From NCBI RefSeq assembly GCF_009914755.1, contig NC_060930.1: 64,000 nt of DNA; one strand, written 5' to 3'. Both the position numbers and the translations under genes were made by a program. The notes below the pieces were generated by a model, which searched no databases, had not been told where the DNA came from, and was given only the letters and a program-made list of their open reading frames with translations. Below are positions 26,159 through 51,577 of this stretch, piece after piece (position 1 is the stretch's first letter; each line of letters begins with the position of its first letter). The stretch comes from the human T2T-CHM13v2.0 reference genome, Homo sapiens.

Positions 26159-27341
26159 ATCTAAATCATTGCACACAATTCCTGAAAAATGAAATATACA
26201 GTGGGTTCTATCAATGTAGAAAGACTTTTACCTTATTAGTACCATTGTTCCATAGGCAAAGATTCGTGCCAACCGTTTGTTTTTAAATTGTTCTAATTTT
26301 TATCTCTTAGCAAAATCTGGTATTGAATAAACTCGTGCTATACCCAGTTTTTTTTAATCATAAGTACTTTTGCTTAAACATGCCACATCTTAATGCTAAA
26401 ACTAGGCATTTAATCATGCTCTGTGCTGACTCTTTTTAATAGGAAGCTTCATTATTTAAAATACCTGCTATGCATCAAGCATATACTGGAGATACAGATT
26501 CAGAAATCCTTAGCTCATAAGTAGAAATGAAAAGTAAGAAGGAATAAGATCACAAAGGAAGAATGTTCAGAACAAGAATAGAAGAGAAGGAGGCTGAGAA
26601 AAGCACTCCAGGGATGTTTTAGGAAGAAGCAGCAGAAGAATATTGAGAAGAAATGTCCGTGAAGTGGGGAAAGAGGAGAAGCTGGTAGCACAGCAGCTTG
26701 GAAGGACTGTGTCAGGGAGGACGGACGGCCACATGTGTGCAGTGACATGGTGAGAGGGAGCATTTTGGTGGCCTGATGGGTGGAAGCCTGTGGTGGAGAC
26801 AACGAGGATCAAACACAATCCTGAGAATTTGGGCTCTGAAGTATGATGAGGCAGTTGTTCAACGTATGGCTGGTGATTGTGAAGGTCAATAAGCTTGGGT
26901 GCGTAAATTTGGAAAATGAGATACAGTATCAAGGGAGTGATTTTTTTTTAATTTATGGGAAATACTTGAACAATTTTTTATGTGGTGAAGGGGTCAAAAG
27001 AAAGGGAGAGGTTGAACATACAGGCGGAAAAGTCAGTAACTGATAGCGTGGGAAAAATCACTGGAGTAGCAGGTCAGTACTTATGTGAAAGAGGCAAGGA
27101 GCAGACCCTTGAGGACGGAGGGAGAGCACAGGCTGAGGAAGCTAGGAAGTCGTATCTCATTGTGCTTTTACTTTGCCTTTCGTTCATTATGAATGAGATT
27201 GAACATATTTTCATATGCCTATTGGGCATTTGGATACCACTCCACCGAAGTGCCTTTTGCCCATTTTCTTTTGGGTTGTCAATTTTTTCTGATTCATAGG
27301 AGTTCTTCATATATTCCAGTTATGTATGTTGCAAATATTGA

Positions 27342-27655
<314 letters not shown>

Positions 27656-28059
27656 AACAAGATTCTTAAACTTAATACAGTCGAATTTATCAACCTTTTT
27701 CTTTATGGCTTATGATTTTGTTTCTGGTTTTAAAAATTCTTTGCATACCAAAATGATAGATATATTCTCATATACTGTCTTCTAAATTGTTTATAATTTT
27801 GCTTTTCACATTTAACTTTTTTGTTTACCTGGAGTTGTTTTTTGGGGGAAGGTATAAGATATGCTTTCAGTTTGCTTGGTCATCTGTATTATATGTTTGT
27901 TTTCTATGTCATTATTTGTTCTTTTCTCTTCTTCCTCCTAATTTTTTGGGCTTTATTGGCTATTCTGTTCTAACCTAAGATAGACTCTCCAGATCATTAA
28001 TTTTCATCCTTCCTTACTTTCTGATACAAGCACTGAAGGTTAGAAATGACTCTGTGTGT

Positions 28060-28190
28060 CAGTGATTTGCAACCTTGGCTACAAATTGGAATCACCTATA
28101 GATCTTTAAGAATGTGGATGTCTGTGTCCCATCTCCAGAGATGCTGATCTCATTGGTCTGGGATGTGGCCTTCATATTGGGATTTTTAGT
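28060..28190. mobile_element. MER5-like hAT fragment
   Basis: cagtg...ttggaatcacct...agagatgctgatctcattggtctgggatgtggcc. Confidence 0.6.
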
Positions 28191-29166
28191 AATTATAAAT
28201 ATCTCACATGTCCTTGAAAACAATATGTGTTCTATGGTTTGAGGGTGTGCAAATTTTCCTGTAAGATCAATCTTGCTAGTTCTATTCAGATTTCTGTACC
28301 CTTAGTTATTTTTTTGTCAGTTTGATCCATCAGGTAACAAACAAGACATGTTAAATCTCCCACTATGTGGATTTTTTTTTTTACTTCTCCTTATAATTCT
28401 GTTAATTTTGCTTCATTTATTGTGAGGTGTATCATTAGATATATATGTTTAGAATGCATACATTTTCTTGATGAAACTTTGTTATATTTAAAAATATAAT
28501 TTTTAAACTGGATTGTCAAAATGAGTTATTTTATACTACCTTAGTACTATGAATTGAAGCAGCAAACCTCTGTGATGTTTAGCTGATGGCTTCAAATTTT
28601 CAGGGTACATTTCATCACTCCCTGCCTATCCCCTTACTTACTAAGCACCAGCTTGCAATTTTTTGTTTGTCCTTGGAGGGTCAGATATTCTAGCTTACCC
28701 TTACACTGAGGGTATGCCATTTGGTCCCCAATTTATGGAGAGAGAATTATTTATTAGACCTGAGTGGGTTTTGTGTGTCTTCTGTATTTCACCAAATCAT
28801 AAAGATGCCTGCTCAAATTCACTAGATTTAACACAAGTGCCCTCAAGGTCAAAGCCAGTTTCATTTCTCACTTACCTTATTTTTCTGGCCATGATCTTCT
28901 TTTACTCATTCTCATCAAAGTATTTTTTACTCTTTTCCCAGCTGTTTAGTACATTTAAAGCAGTTTTTAGATGCCATGTTTAGCATTTTAATTGTTTTTC
29001 AATAGAAGAGTTAGTCAAGGCATCTGGTATGCCATTTTGCTAGAAATAGTACTGCATTATGAACTTGGTGCAAGGTTTCTTCCATCCTCCTTTCCTTTCA
29101 GTTGTGGGCTTCTGGTCATTCACCTCTCATTTAGTGGCTCCTAGTTGACCCTGCTCTAGTCACTGT

Positions 29167-29712
29167 TTCTGTGCAGTGACCTTCCCCAAAACTTAGTGAT
29201 TGAAAACAGCAGCTATTTTATATCTTACAGATTTTGTAGGTTGGGGATTTAGTCAGGGCTCAGCTAGGTGATTCTTCTGCTCTTCATGAGGTTGACTAAG
29301 GTCACTCAATGTTATTCAGCTGACAAATAGGCTACTTTGGAGGCTCCAAGATAACCTCTCTAACATGTCTGGTGTCTTGGTAAGGAAGGCTCAGAGACTG
29401 GGCTCAATTCTGGCTCCTAGTCCGCCAAACTACCTATACATGGCCTCTTCAGCATGGTGGCCCGAGTCATCAGTCTTCTTACTTGGTGGCTCAGCAAATG
29501 TCCCAAGAGAACCAGGTAAAAGCTATATGGCCTTTCCTGATCTGGCTTTGGAAGGCATCCAGCCTCACTTCCACTACGTTCTATTAGTAACAGGCAAATC
29601 ATAAGACCAGCTCAAGCTTCAAGGAAAGGGGAATTAATTAGCTCCACTTCTTGACAGGGGAGTGGCAAGATCACAATTGTGGCCAAATTTGGAAAATACA
29701 ATTTTCCACACC
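29167..29712. mobile_element. MLT1-type LTR
   Basis: ccccaaaacttagtg...cagggctcagctagg...cacttccactac...ctccacttcttga motifs. Confidence 0.65.
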
Positions 29713-30303
29713 CACCATTCCCAGCTATCTTATTATTCAAATGCAAAACTTCAGAAAGGCAGGTAGGGCCAGATAAATGAGTAAAGATCACTGCAGTTGC
29801 CAAGTATGCAAGCAGGGAGAGTCTAAATGACTAACCACCCTCATGTGGAAACTAAATTGTCCAAACCCTAGAAACAGTTCTTTTTGACTCTTGTTCTTTT
29901 GTTGGAAGGTAAAGCTCATTCATCTCTAGCTGTAACAGAGAGGATTTTTTTTTTTAATTTTATGTTGAAACAAAAATGGGATTTTGTTCTGGACTTCTAG
30001 GTTGCAGGGGAAAGGTACATGACCAGGTTTTCTGCCACAGGCTTTGTTTCTGTTCATGAGTGCTTTGAAGGCATATGACTTTGACATCTCCCTTGCAGAT
30101 CTGAGCCCCAGAGCACAGCCACCGCCCCTCTCTCCTCACACATGGGCCTCATTTTCTCCCTCTGACAGTATCTCTCACATTTCTCCTGAGGCTTTTTAAA
30201 GTCTAAAAAGCAGCATTTTTAGAAGTGGATTTTTATTGTGTATGTGTGTGTTTCTCTGGAAGAAAATTAAGAGGTAGAATTTCTTTTAAATAGAAAAAAT
30301 ATT

Positions 30304-32110
<1,807 letters not shown>

Positions 32111-33050
32111 ATAAAATTTTCAGTTTTAGAATATATGTACTTAGAGCACTAGAAACAGATATATGTACAGTAAAATAGAGATGGCCTGGTTTCCTGCACT
32201 GAGGTAGATAGACGAGCTGGCCCTTCAGTGGCAGAGAGGTGAGGTCAGAGAAGGCCATTGAATTGGCCTGAAGACCTAGGCTTGCCTGCCAGTAACCATC
32301 TCCTTAGAGTAGAACTTGGAAGCTCCATGGAGGAGAGAGGGGCAGGCTTTAGAACTGGGCACTTCTAGGATGGATTGATCCTTGACTTGGCCACTTAGTA
32401 GTTGTTTGACCTTGGCCAAGTCATTTAACCTAGGTTTACTTACTAGTAAAATAAAGTCAATTATATCTATCTTGAGAATTAGGTAGAATATCTCTAGAAT
32501 TCCTGCTTGTCAATAAATGGTAGCTATTACCAATATTATACTCATAGTCAGGGATGAGAAGCCAAGCTTTGTTCCCCATTGGTGATATTTTCACCGTTGA
32601 TTCCTGAGTTTACGATCTAGTCTAAAATTATCCAGTGAAAGAGAGTGTAGAATTTTTTCAGATGAGATGTGCTTTTGTCCAACAGGTCACTCAGTAATCA
32701 CTTATTAAAACCCTTACAATATATTAGGTATCGTCCTAGATACTGGGGATATAAAATTGAATAAGACAAACTGTCTTTCCAGGAACACAGTGTCTAAACA
32801 GGTCCTAAGAAAGCCTGAGATTTTTGTTGTCCCTAAGCTATTCTTTGCCCTGTTCATTGATGCCTTAGCAGCAGAAGGGAGTACACTTGCCTCCCTGTGG
32901 CATTGAACTTGATTGATGAGTAGTCCAGAAATCCTCTCCACATCCCATCATAATTTTATCCAAGAAATAAAGGATATCAAAATGGCAATTCTAGTTAATT
33001 CTGGCCCCACAGCTCATGCTATTTGAGAAGGCAGCAAGGTCTGCATTTTC

Positions 33051-38670
<5,620 letters not shown>

Positions 38671-39026
38671 GGTCTGCATTTTCAACAAATCACCTGTTGC
38701 TTCTTCCCGGCATAACGCCTGAGCTGACTGGGACTGATGAAGCAGACCTGTTACCACTCACCACTGGCCAATTTTAAACTTAGTTTCAGACATTTTTGTT
38801 TCCTTTTTCCTCTCTATAATTCTCATGATGCCAAAATGACTACATATTTGGTCTCAGTTGCTATCTCATAGAGCTTTGTTGTTGTTGTTGTTTCTACTCT
38901 AGAAATACCTAGTTTTGGCTCAATGGCTTCCCATTGGTTGTACAACCCAGCACCATTGGAGCTCTGATCCCCCATAACCTCAGCCCAGCTCTTTCTATCT
39001 CATGTCTTTCAACAAAATCAGTCCCA

Positions 39027-39340
39027 GACTGGGTGTGGTGGCTCATGGCTGTAATCCCAACAATTTGGGTAGGCCAAGGCGGGAGGATTGCTTAAGCCCA
39101 GGAGTTCAAGACCAGCCTGGGCAACACAGCAAAACCTCATCTCCACAAATTTTTTTTTTTTTTAATTAGCCAGATGTGGTGGCCACACACCTATGGTCCC
39201 AGCTACTTGGGAGGCTGAGGTGGGAGGGTGTCTTCAGCCTTGGAATTTGAGGCTACAATGAGCTGTGATCACACCACCTGCACTCCAGCCTGGGTGACAG
39301 AACAAGACCCTGTCTCAAAAAAAAAAAAAAAAAAAAAAAA
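39027..39340 (+). mobile_element. Alu (J-like)
   Basis: Alu consensus; TSD aaaatcagtcc. Confidence 0.9.
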
Positions 39341-39820
39341 TCAGTCCTAATTACATATATGTGAAGAATTATTAGGCCTAAAACCTGGTCTCCTTTGCAA
39401 AGAAGAGAGTTAAGTTTATTATACATGTATTTGTCTAAAGTGTCTGATTTACTTTTTTTCCTGTTTTAAACTCTCTCAGGAAATCTTTCTCTTTATTCCA
39501 AGAGGAAGTAGCTCTTGTAATAAAACTATGATCAATCTTCAGTGAATTTTAAAAATAAGCATTCTATTTCTTTAATTGCCTGTAGTCACATCTTTCTGGT
39601 ATATTTTTTTCAAACAACTAGTCCTTACAATTTCACATCACTTCCATTGCCATATCATTCACATAACTGACTCATCATTTCTAATTGTAAGCCAGCACAC
39701 ACAACATGCAGATCTGAAGCAATTTTCCTGATGACAGGGGCCCAGAAGCTCATATTAATGGAAAGACTGTAGGATGTGAGGTTAAAAGGCTTGTGTATGA
39801 GCCCCATGTTTGTCATTTAA

Positions 39821-40618
<798 letters not shown>

Positions 40619-40704
40619 TTAATGCGCATCTCTCTCTAGCAAGTCATGTGACCTCTCTAGGCCTCCATTGCATCAGCTGTAAGGTAAAAGCCTTGGAATA
40701 GTTT

Positions 40705-41215
40705 TCAGGTTATCAACTGCTTTTTAACAAACCACCCCAGAATTTAGTGGCTTTTAAAACAGCTATTTATTTTGCTCTCAATTCTGAGTTATGAATTTGG
40801 GAAGGGCTCGGCCCAGCAGTTTGTTTGGGATCCCTGTGGCATCAGGTGAGATGCTGGGTTAGATAATTCACTTCCAAGACAGCTTCTTCACTAACCGTCG
40901 GTGCCTTTTGCTCCTTGGCCTCTCTCTCTCTATCTACCCAGCATCTTAACCTCCAGGGCCTTTCCCTGTATCTTGGGTTTCTCACAGCATGGTTTTCTGA
41001 GAGTAGTCACTTTTTTTTACATGGCAGCTGGCTTTAAAGTAGCAAGAAGCAAAAGGTGCCAGGCCAGTTAAGGGCCACATCAGACTGGCACGTATCACCT
41101 CTACTGTGAGCATTTGTTGAAAGTGGTTACAGGACTCACCCAGAGTCAAGGCTGGAGAGATAGACTTCACCTCTTGATGGGGGAATAGCAAAGTCACATT
41201 GCAGATGAGCCTGTA
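40705..41215. mobile_element. MLT1-type LTR
   Basis: accaccccagaatttagtggctt...ttctcacagcatgg...gacttcacctcttgatggg motifs. Confidence 0.65.
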
Positions 41216-41873
41216 GGATATGCCTGTAAATAGTAAACTGTCTCTCTTATGCATATGTATATGGTCATCAGTGAATTATAAATTGTATCAATATGATGGA
41301 TCTATAGCACACAATTTACAATTGTAATGTTTTGTAAATTCCTTATCTCAGTTGATGCTCACAGAATGCTTTCATTGATTTTTGCCATACTCTTAGATCA
41401 GTAGTAGCCAACCTACTATTGCAAATAAGGACTTTATCTTATTCATGGTTAAGTCAACTTCGGTGGCATTATCTTCTTCCATTCCAGTGGACTCTTCATA
41501 AATAAAAGTGAAAGAATTGTGAATCCCAATCACAAACTAGAATAATTTGTTTTTCAAGAGGCTCATAATAATGACATTTTATTGACTCTACAGTGTACAA
41601 AGCACTTTCAAATATGCTCTTGATTAATTCTCATGATATTGTGAAGAATTTCCTCCTGGTTTTCCAGATAAGAAAATTGAGGTTTGGAGTGAAGTGACTC
41701 ACTAAGGGTCACACTGCTAATGAGGGCATAGCCAAGACTAGAATCCCTGTCTTCTGACTCCCAGTGGACCGCTTTTCACTTCCTCTGCTGAAACCTTACA
41801 TTTGGAGAAGAAATTTAAAATGAACATCAAGACAGGATTCTCTGCCACTATTCAAATTAAAATACCTCCTTTC

Positions 41874-42182
<309 letters not shown>

Positions 42183-43345
42183 TCAAGGAAGAACGTTTTA
42201 TAGATGTTAATTGGCGAGTGGTATAGAGCAGCCTCACTCTTTCTCCTTCTGGTTCTAGGCATCACTTTTTGCAGTAAGCAAAAGTATCCTCACTGTTGAT
42301 CGGACTAGTGAGACAAACTGGACAGCCATGTCACAGAGGACTCAGGCTCACACATATTTCTCTGCTTGCTTCTTCATTTCCAAAAGTCAGTAGCAAGCAT
42401 TATTGTCACAGTTCCTAGTCACAGGTTCTCCATAGAAACTACAGGGGCTGAGGAATATATCTGGGGAGAAGAGACAATCTGTGACATGGACTTAAATATA
42501 GCATTGAAAGGAGTGTTGAGGGAAAGGCTCGTGTATTGCAGAATGATGGTTAGTTATGAGAGAGAGCTAGAGACAGGCCTCAGGGCTTTTTTTCTGTCTG
42601 TTCCCTTTCCTAAAATGTATTATTTTCCAACCACAAAGAAGACTTTTTATCTCCCAGTGAAGTCACTCCCTGTGACTTATCATTCTTAGTTTTGGCTGAA
42701 GAGTCCCTTTTGCCTAGAGGTTACAGGGGTGTTTTTATTAGCACCTTTTTAAAAACATGAGTAAAACATTCTTTATAGAGAAGTTAGGAAATAAAAATAA
42801 GCAAAAATTTGAAACCACGAACCATCTGTAATCCTGCCACTATTTGTTAACAGATAACTAATGTTAACATTTCAGTCTGAATGGCGTAAGCATCCCCTCA
42901 AATACCAAAAATTACGTGACACGGATTATGTGTTCTTTAAATAGCAATGCATTCTATTTGATATTTTCTTTGGGTAGCTTTAAGGATTATGCTGAAATTA
43001 TAAGTTCTATTTCTATAAACTTCCAATATTAAAGAATATATAAGCAACTGCTTTCTCTGTAGCTCTCTGGCAGCTAGTCAAAGCCATGTTGTTGTAGGCA
43101 ATATTCTATGTAGAACTTTCCATAGGAAAATGGTATTGCTTCTCAGAAAATGTCATGACCTGCACTTTCCTTGTGGTCATCGTGGGTGGGGGATGTTCCG
43201 TGTGACTCATAGACCAGACTCAAGGATGAGTTTAGCAAAGGCCCGCTCCCACTCCCTCTTGCCAATGGCACTTGAAGGAAGTCTATCATGGTTTTAGTTT
43301 GGCTATAGTATGATATTATATTTATTACACCTTAAAAGAATGTCT

Positions 43346-43648
43346 AAGCTCAGTATGGTGGCTCATGCCTGTAATTTCAGCACTTTGAGAAACTGAGGTG
43401 AGAGGATCACTTGAGCCTAGAAGTTCGAGATCAGCCTGGGCAACATCTTGAGACTGTGTCTCTACCAAAAAAAATTTAAAAATTAGCTGAGCATGGTGGC
43501 GCACACCTGTAATCCGAGCTACTGGGAATGCTGAGTTGGGAGGATCACTTGAGCCCAGGAGTTTGAGGCTGCAATGAGCCATGATCTCGCCACTCCACTC
43601 CAGCTTGGATGACAGAGCGAGACTCTATCTCTTAAAAAAAAAAAAAAG
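43346..43648 (+). mobile_element. Alu (J-like)
   Basis: Alu consensus with A tail. Confidence 0.88.
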
Positions 43649-43731
43649 GTCTGCTTCATTGATGCTGTATATACTGGGGCAATATATGACCTAAATAACA
43701 GTTCTGTTTATCTATTTTTTTTCCTGTTTAG

Positions 43732-43808
43732 GCAGCAATAAGGAAAGAACTAAATGAATTTAAAAGCACAGAAATGGAAGTTCATGAAGAGAGTCGACAG
43801 TTTACAAG
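43732..43808 (+). CDS. PHACTR2: PHACTR2 coding exon (77 nt; AAIRKELNEFKSTEMEVHEESRQFT)
   Basis: Acceptor ttttttcctgtttAG ends at 43731; donor AG|GTAGGT at 43809; family-conserved C-terminal sequence. Confidence 0.96.
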
Positions 43809-44640
43809 GTAGGTGACAAAATGCAGCTTAGAAATTGAAAATGCTTAAGATGTGATCCCATGTTGAGTTGGTTAAAAAAAGAAATTGCTTACAATGGTAA
43901 ATTTTATGATAGGTATATTTCATCACAATTAAAAAATGTTTTTAAACAGTTTAGCTTAAAACCATCTTATGAACATTTCCGCTTCTCTCACATTCATCCT
44001 TGTTGGCTTTTAAGAACCTAATAGTCAATGTGACAGTTTTAAAGATATGACTAGATAAGATTGTAAATTTCTAGAATTTCATAATAAACTCAGCTATCTC
44101 CTTCAAGAACACTAAAACTAATCATGCTGAATAAGAATTTCTAAAATTAAATCTTTTCTTTCAAGGAAGTCTGAATCATTCCATGGGGCTACATTTTGGT
44201 TCCTTTCTTCGTTTTTTTCTGGGTCTGAAGACATCATTTATTCTGCTCTTGAACAGACTTAGTTGAAGTTGTATGCCCAGAATAGATGCTGGCGAGAGTC
44301 AGTGTGGGCACATACATAACACTTTGGTTTCACAATAGACATAACACAGGATTGAAGCTGACTTTTCAGAAGATGTAACTTTAGGATGGGAATCCTGATT
44401 TTACTGGTGACGAAGGAGATCGCTATCATCTTACCATTTTTCCCTCAGTCCCTTTCGGTTTCTTTCACAGGTTACCTAACCCGGTAACAAATATTGATCC
44501 CCTAAGCTACAGCCATACATCCTGGTGCCACTGTTCCTGCAGTCCCGGTGATGATGGTACTGTGTGCTGGGAGCATGTCACAATATAAAGGAAGTTGCTG
44601 TATAACCTCCAACTTTAACAGCAAACTTCCCTGAAATTGA

Positions 44641-45375
<735 letters not shown>

Positions 45376-46029
45376 TACTTCTTCTTTATTTTTTTATTTC
45401 CTCCTATATCATTTGTTTTTATATACATGTAGAGCGTTCCAACATCCTGAATGGATTTTTATCTATTTGAGGGCTTTATTCTATCATAATCTACTCTGAG
45501 ACCAACAACATGTCCCTATCAAGCCAGACATTTTTGTCCCCCTCTTTTCTCCCTTCCACTTCTAGGGTCGGGAAAAATGTATGCTAAAATGTGACACCTG
45601 TAGTTGCTCTTCTGAAGTAAAGTTGATTATTAAAAGGTGGAATATTTTGAGTGACATCATGCTGGCTGGGGCCTCCGGGCAACTGGGAAGATAGAGTGCT
45701 TGGTGCAGTTGGGTCCTGATCCCTGAGCTGCAGTGACTGCACTCAACCCATACATTATCATTCGGGATAGTTTTGCTTCTGCATAGTTTTCCTAGAAGTT
45801 GGAGTATCTGATAGCCTTATCTTCATTTGATAGCATGATATAAAGAACAAATTACAGTCAAAAGGAATCAAATTTTAAAAGTACATTTTTATGGAAGTTC
45901 TCATTTTATGAAAAATAAATATTTATACTAAAAGAGGTTCTTTCTGTTCTGTTGTACTCTATATGAAGAAGCACAATAAAATTGGAGTACAGGGAGAAGT
46001 AAGGGTCATTTTGTTTTTGTGGGGGTATT

Positions 46030-47578
<1,549 letters not shown>

Positions 47579-50012
47579 TTAGATATCATGGATATCAGCC
47601 CTTTATTGCCTATGTTGCAATATTTTTTCCAATTTATTGTTAACTTTTAAACTTTTTAATGGTATTTTGTTTAAATTTTTGTATATTCAAATCTATCTGT
47701 ATTGTTATGTTTTACTTCATTGTTTTGTGTCTTATGGACGGAGGCCAAGAGTATAAAACTATTATTTTTACCTGTTATCTATGCTTTGGAGAGGTGCATT
47801 TATTTGTGTGTATGATTCAGAAAGTAAACTAACTTTACTTTTTTCTAAATCAGTAGTTGATTCTCTCAATGCCACTTTTTTCCCTGTGGATGTGAAATTC
47901 TCTTTTAATATACACATCGGTCAATTTCTGGATTGCTTATTATGTTCTAATGAGCTGTTTGTCTATCCATGTCTATATCCTACTGTTTAATTTGGATAGA
48001 TTTGTAGTGTACTTTTATATTTGATGGGGCATTTTTTCACCCTCAAAATTCTATTGGCTATTTTTTTTATTTACTCATCTAGAGAAATTTAGTATATGCT
48101 TCTTGTATTTCATAAAAGTCTATTGATATTTTTATTGCTTATGTAAATATAAACAGATGCAAATATATAAGCTTTCAGGGAGAGTAACAGCTAATATCAA
48201 GGGTAAATTTTAAAAGTTCTCCAAAACATAAATTGATTAACACTCTTTAATACCTTTCCAGATAAGGAAAAATTAAATATTCATATCACCAAAATAAATA
48301 TGCCTTGCTTAAGTATTCTTAAACCTTGGCAGTAAAGCAAATGTTACTGCTATTTTTCCATTAACTTATGACATCATTCGAGATATATTCCAGTAGGGAT
48401 ATAGTTTGTCTCCAAGACATAAAAATAATGCTTATGATTTTCAAGCTGTTTTCAGTAATTCTTTTAAGGGGAAAAAGTTCTGGTAATCACTACTCTTTCT
48501 AATAAAAATAATACAAAAACATGATCCAGTTTTACATTTAGCAAATTGTTCATAAAAAAGGTGGTGGTACTCTTAGTACCAGCCTCTCTTGGGGAAAATA
48601 AACACCTTATGAATCATTACCTTGCCCTTTCAATGCAACCTAGATACACAGCAGCTCTCCTTTCCTCTTATTAGCATGAGACATTGTCTCCTTATACCAA
48701 GTAAGGCTTCCCTTCAAAACCTCAATCTGTGAACTCCTTGCAGATTTGGGGTGGTTAATAAATGGGCTGACTCCTCTTCTCGGGCACCTCTTTATCTAGA
48801 GGCCATTTCCAACCCAGTGATGTACTGGTGTACAATGGAAGGACCCACTTCTGTATATAGCTTCCTTTGCTTCTCTATCTCCGGAGAGAGACACAAGCTG
48901 GTGGCCAAGGGCAGGCATGGGAGGGAGACTTCTCACAACTCACCCTTTTGAACCTTTTGAATTTTTGAAACATTATGAATGTATTACCTAGTCAAAAACA
49001 AACATTTAAAAGAAAAAATAAAGAATCCATTCTCTAAGTCCTTGTTTCTGTAAATGAAGATTACGTCGTGGTGGCTTTTCTTGACTAATGTGTTGGCACT
49101 AATATTAATTGTGACACTTCCACGTCTTGTGCACTGAGGGGGTACCTCTGATACTTCTGTCATGGAATACATTCCATGACATATTTGGTCTGTAGTGATG
49201 AAGAACTGTGGTGCTCTACTCTTTCATCTAATTCTCCCAGTTTCTCCCAGTATTTTCCAGATGGTGCCCTGGAATTGGAATGGATGCTAGGGCAAGAAAG
49301 GTAGGGACAAATGGTCCCCACAAGAAGTCATCCCGTGGCCCTATAGGTACCAAGCCCTAACCTCAGTTGCTTAGACCTTGCTGCTTGTCTGGCCACATTC
49401 TGCATTTTCTACCCCTCAACAGTGCCCACTCAGCCCACTGTTCAAAACCAAAAAGTCCATTTGAGGGTGATAGATCATTAGATAGTATCATTGCATTCTC
49501 GAAGGAGACCAACATGGCAAACAAAAGCCACTTCCTTTTCCATAGTAAATGGAATTTCTACAATATAAAATAACTCTCTAAATTCTAAAGATAAATTGCA
49601 TGAAAGGTCAAATTTTACTTAAGTTCTAAACTGTAAAGTAGTTACAGCTGAGCAGTAAGATTTTGAGTAATTTTAATTTTCCTTTGGATATTTATTCTCT
49701 GTTTTCCCAACAGAGAAAGTGTTAACATGTATCAGATTTGTTATCAAGAGAGAATATCGCTTTTTAAAAATAAACTTCTCATTTTGTAAATGATGACATT
49801 TTTGGAGTATACAAAGTAGTTTCATATTTGTATCAGCTTGTAAATTATTTACTTCTTATATTAAGGAGTCTTACTGAAGACTCATAGAATCATTGAATTG
49901 AGGCTCTTAGAGTTAAAATGAGCCGCAAGAGATCATTGGCATAATGTCAAGTGGGAAAGTCAGGATATTGACTAACTGTAGCAGCAGTATATTTTATTTA
50001 AAATTCAGATGC

Positions 50013-50352
<340 letters not shown>

Positions 50353-50512
50353 TCAAAAATTCTTAGTGCTTTATTATAGAGTGGGGTTATAGTAATCTTT
50401 TTTTCTTTTATCTACTTTTCAAATTTTCTTAATGGTAAGAAGTTTTTCTTCATGTTGAGAAGTTTCTTAATGTTGAGAAGTTTTCTCATGTTGAGACTGA
50501 GATATTCACATA

Positions 50513-51240
50513 CAGTGACCCTTGAACAACCTGGGTGTTAGGGGCACTGATCCCCACTCACAGTCAAAAATACACGTATAACTTTTGATTCTCCCAAAAC
50601 GTAACTACTAAAACCTACTGGTGACTGGAATCCTTACTGATAACATAGTCAATCAACACATATTTTGTATGTTACATGTGTTATGTACTATGTTCTTACC
50701 AGTAAAGTAGGCTACAGGAAAGAAAATGTTACTTTAAAAATCATAAGGAGGCCAGGCACAGTGGCTCATGCCTGTAATCCCAGTACTTTGGGGGGCCGTG
50801 GCCAGAGGATCACATGAGGTCAGGAGTTCGAGACGAGCTTGGCCAACATGGAGAATCCCTGTCTCTACTAACAATACAAAAATTAGCTGGGTGTGGTGGT
50901 ACACATCTGTAATCCCAGCTACTTGGTAGGCTGAGGCACAAGAATTGCTTGAACCTGGAAGGTGGAGGTTGAAGTAAGCTGAGATCGCCTGGGCAACAGA
51001 GTGAGAATCTGTCTCGAAAATAGTAATAATAATAAATCATAAGGAAGAGAAAACATATTTACTATTCATTAGGTGGAATTGGATAATCATAAAGGTCTTC
51101 ATCCTCATCGTCTTCATGTTGAATAGGCTGAGGAGAAGGAGGGGGTTGGTCTTGCTGTTTCAGGGGTGGCAGAGGTGAAAGAACGTCCAATTATAAGTGG
51201 ACTCATGCAGTTCAAACCCATGTTATTCAGAGGTCAACTG
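50513..51240. mobile_element. Tigger2a-like DNA transposon with nested Alu at about 50750-51035
   Basis: TA-flanked TIRs CAGTGACCCTTGAACAAC / GTTATTCAGAGGTCAACTG; Alu TSD aaatcataagga. Confidence 0.82.
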
Positions 51241-51261
51241 TATATACGTATGGACACATAG

Positions 51262-51577
<316 letters not shown>

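Noticed and set aside
39450-39545. Acceptor-like site at 39479 followed by EIFLFIPRG...LQ* and AATAAA
   Set aside because: The AATAAA precedes the stop codon and there is no other support; such acceptors are common in T-rich introns. Similar sites at 12034 and 49713 were rejected likewise.
50439-50496. Short tandem duplications (about 18 bp x3 here; also near 9350, 15070, 30355, 49230 and 52960) as array-like structures
   Set aside because: Two or three copy slippage products with no unique spacers; not CRISPR-like, and the genome is eukaryotic
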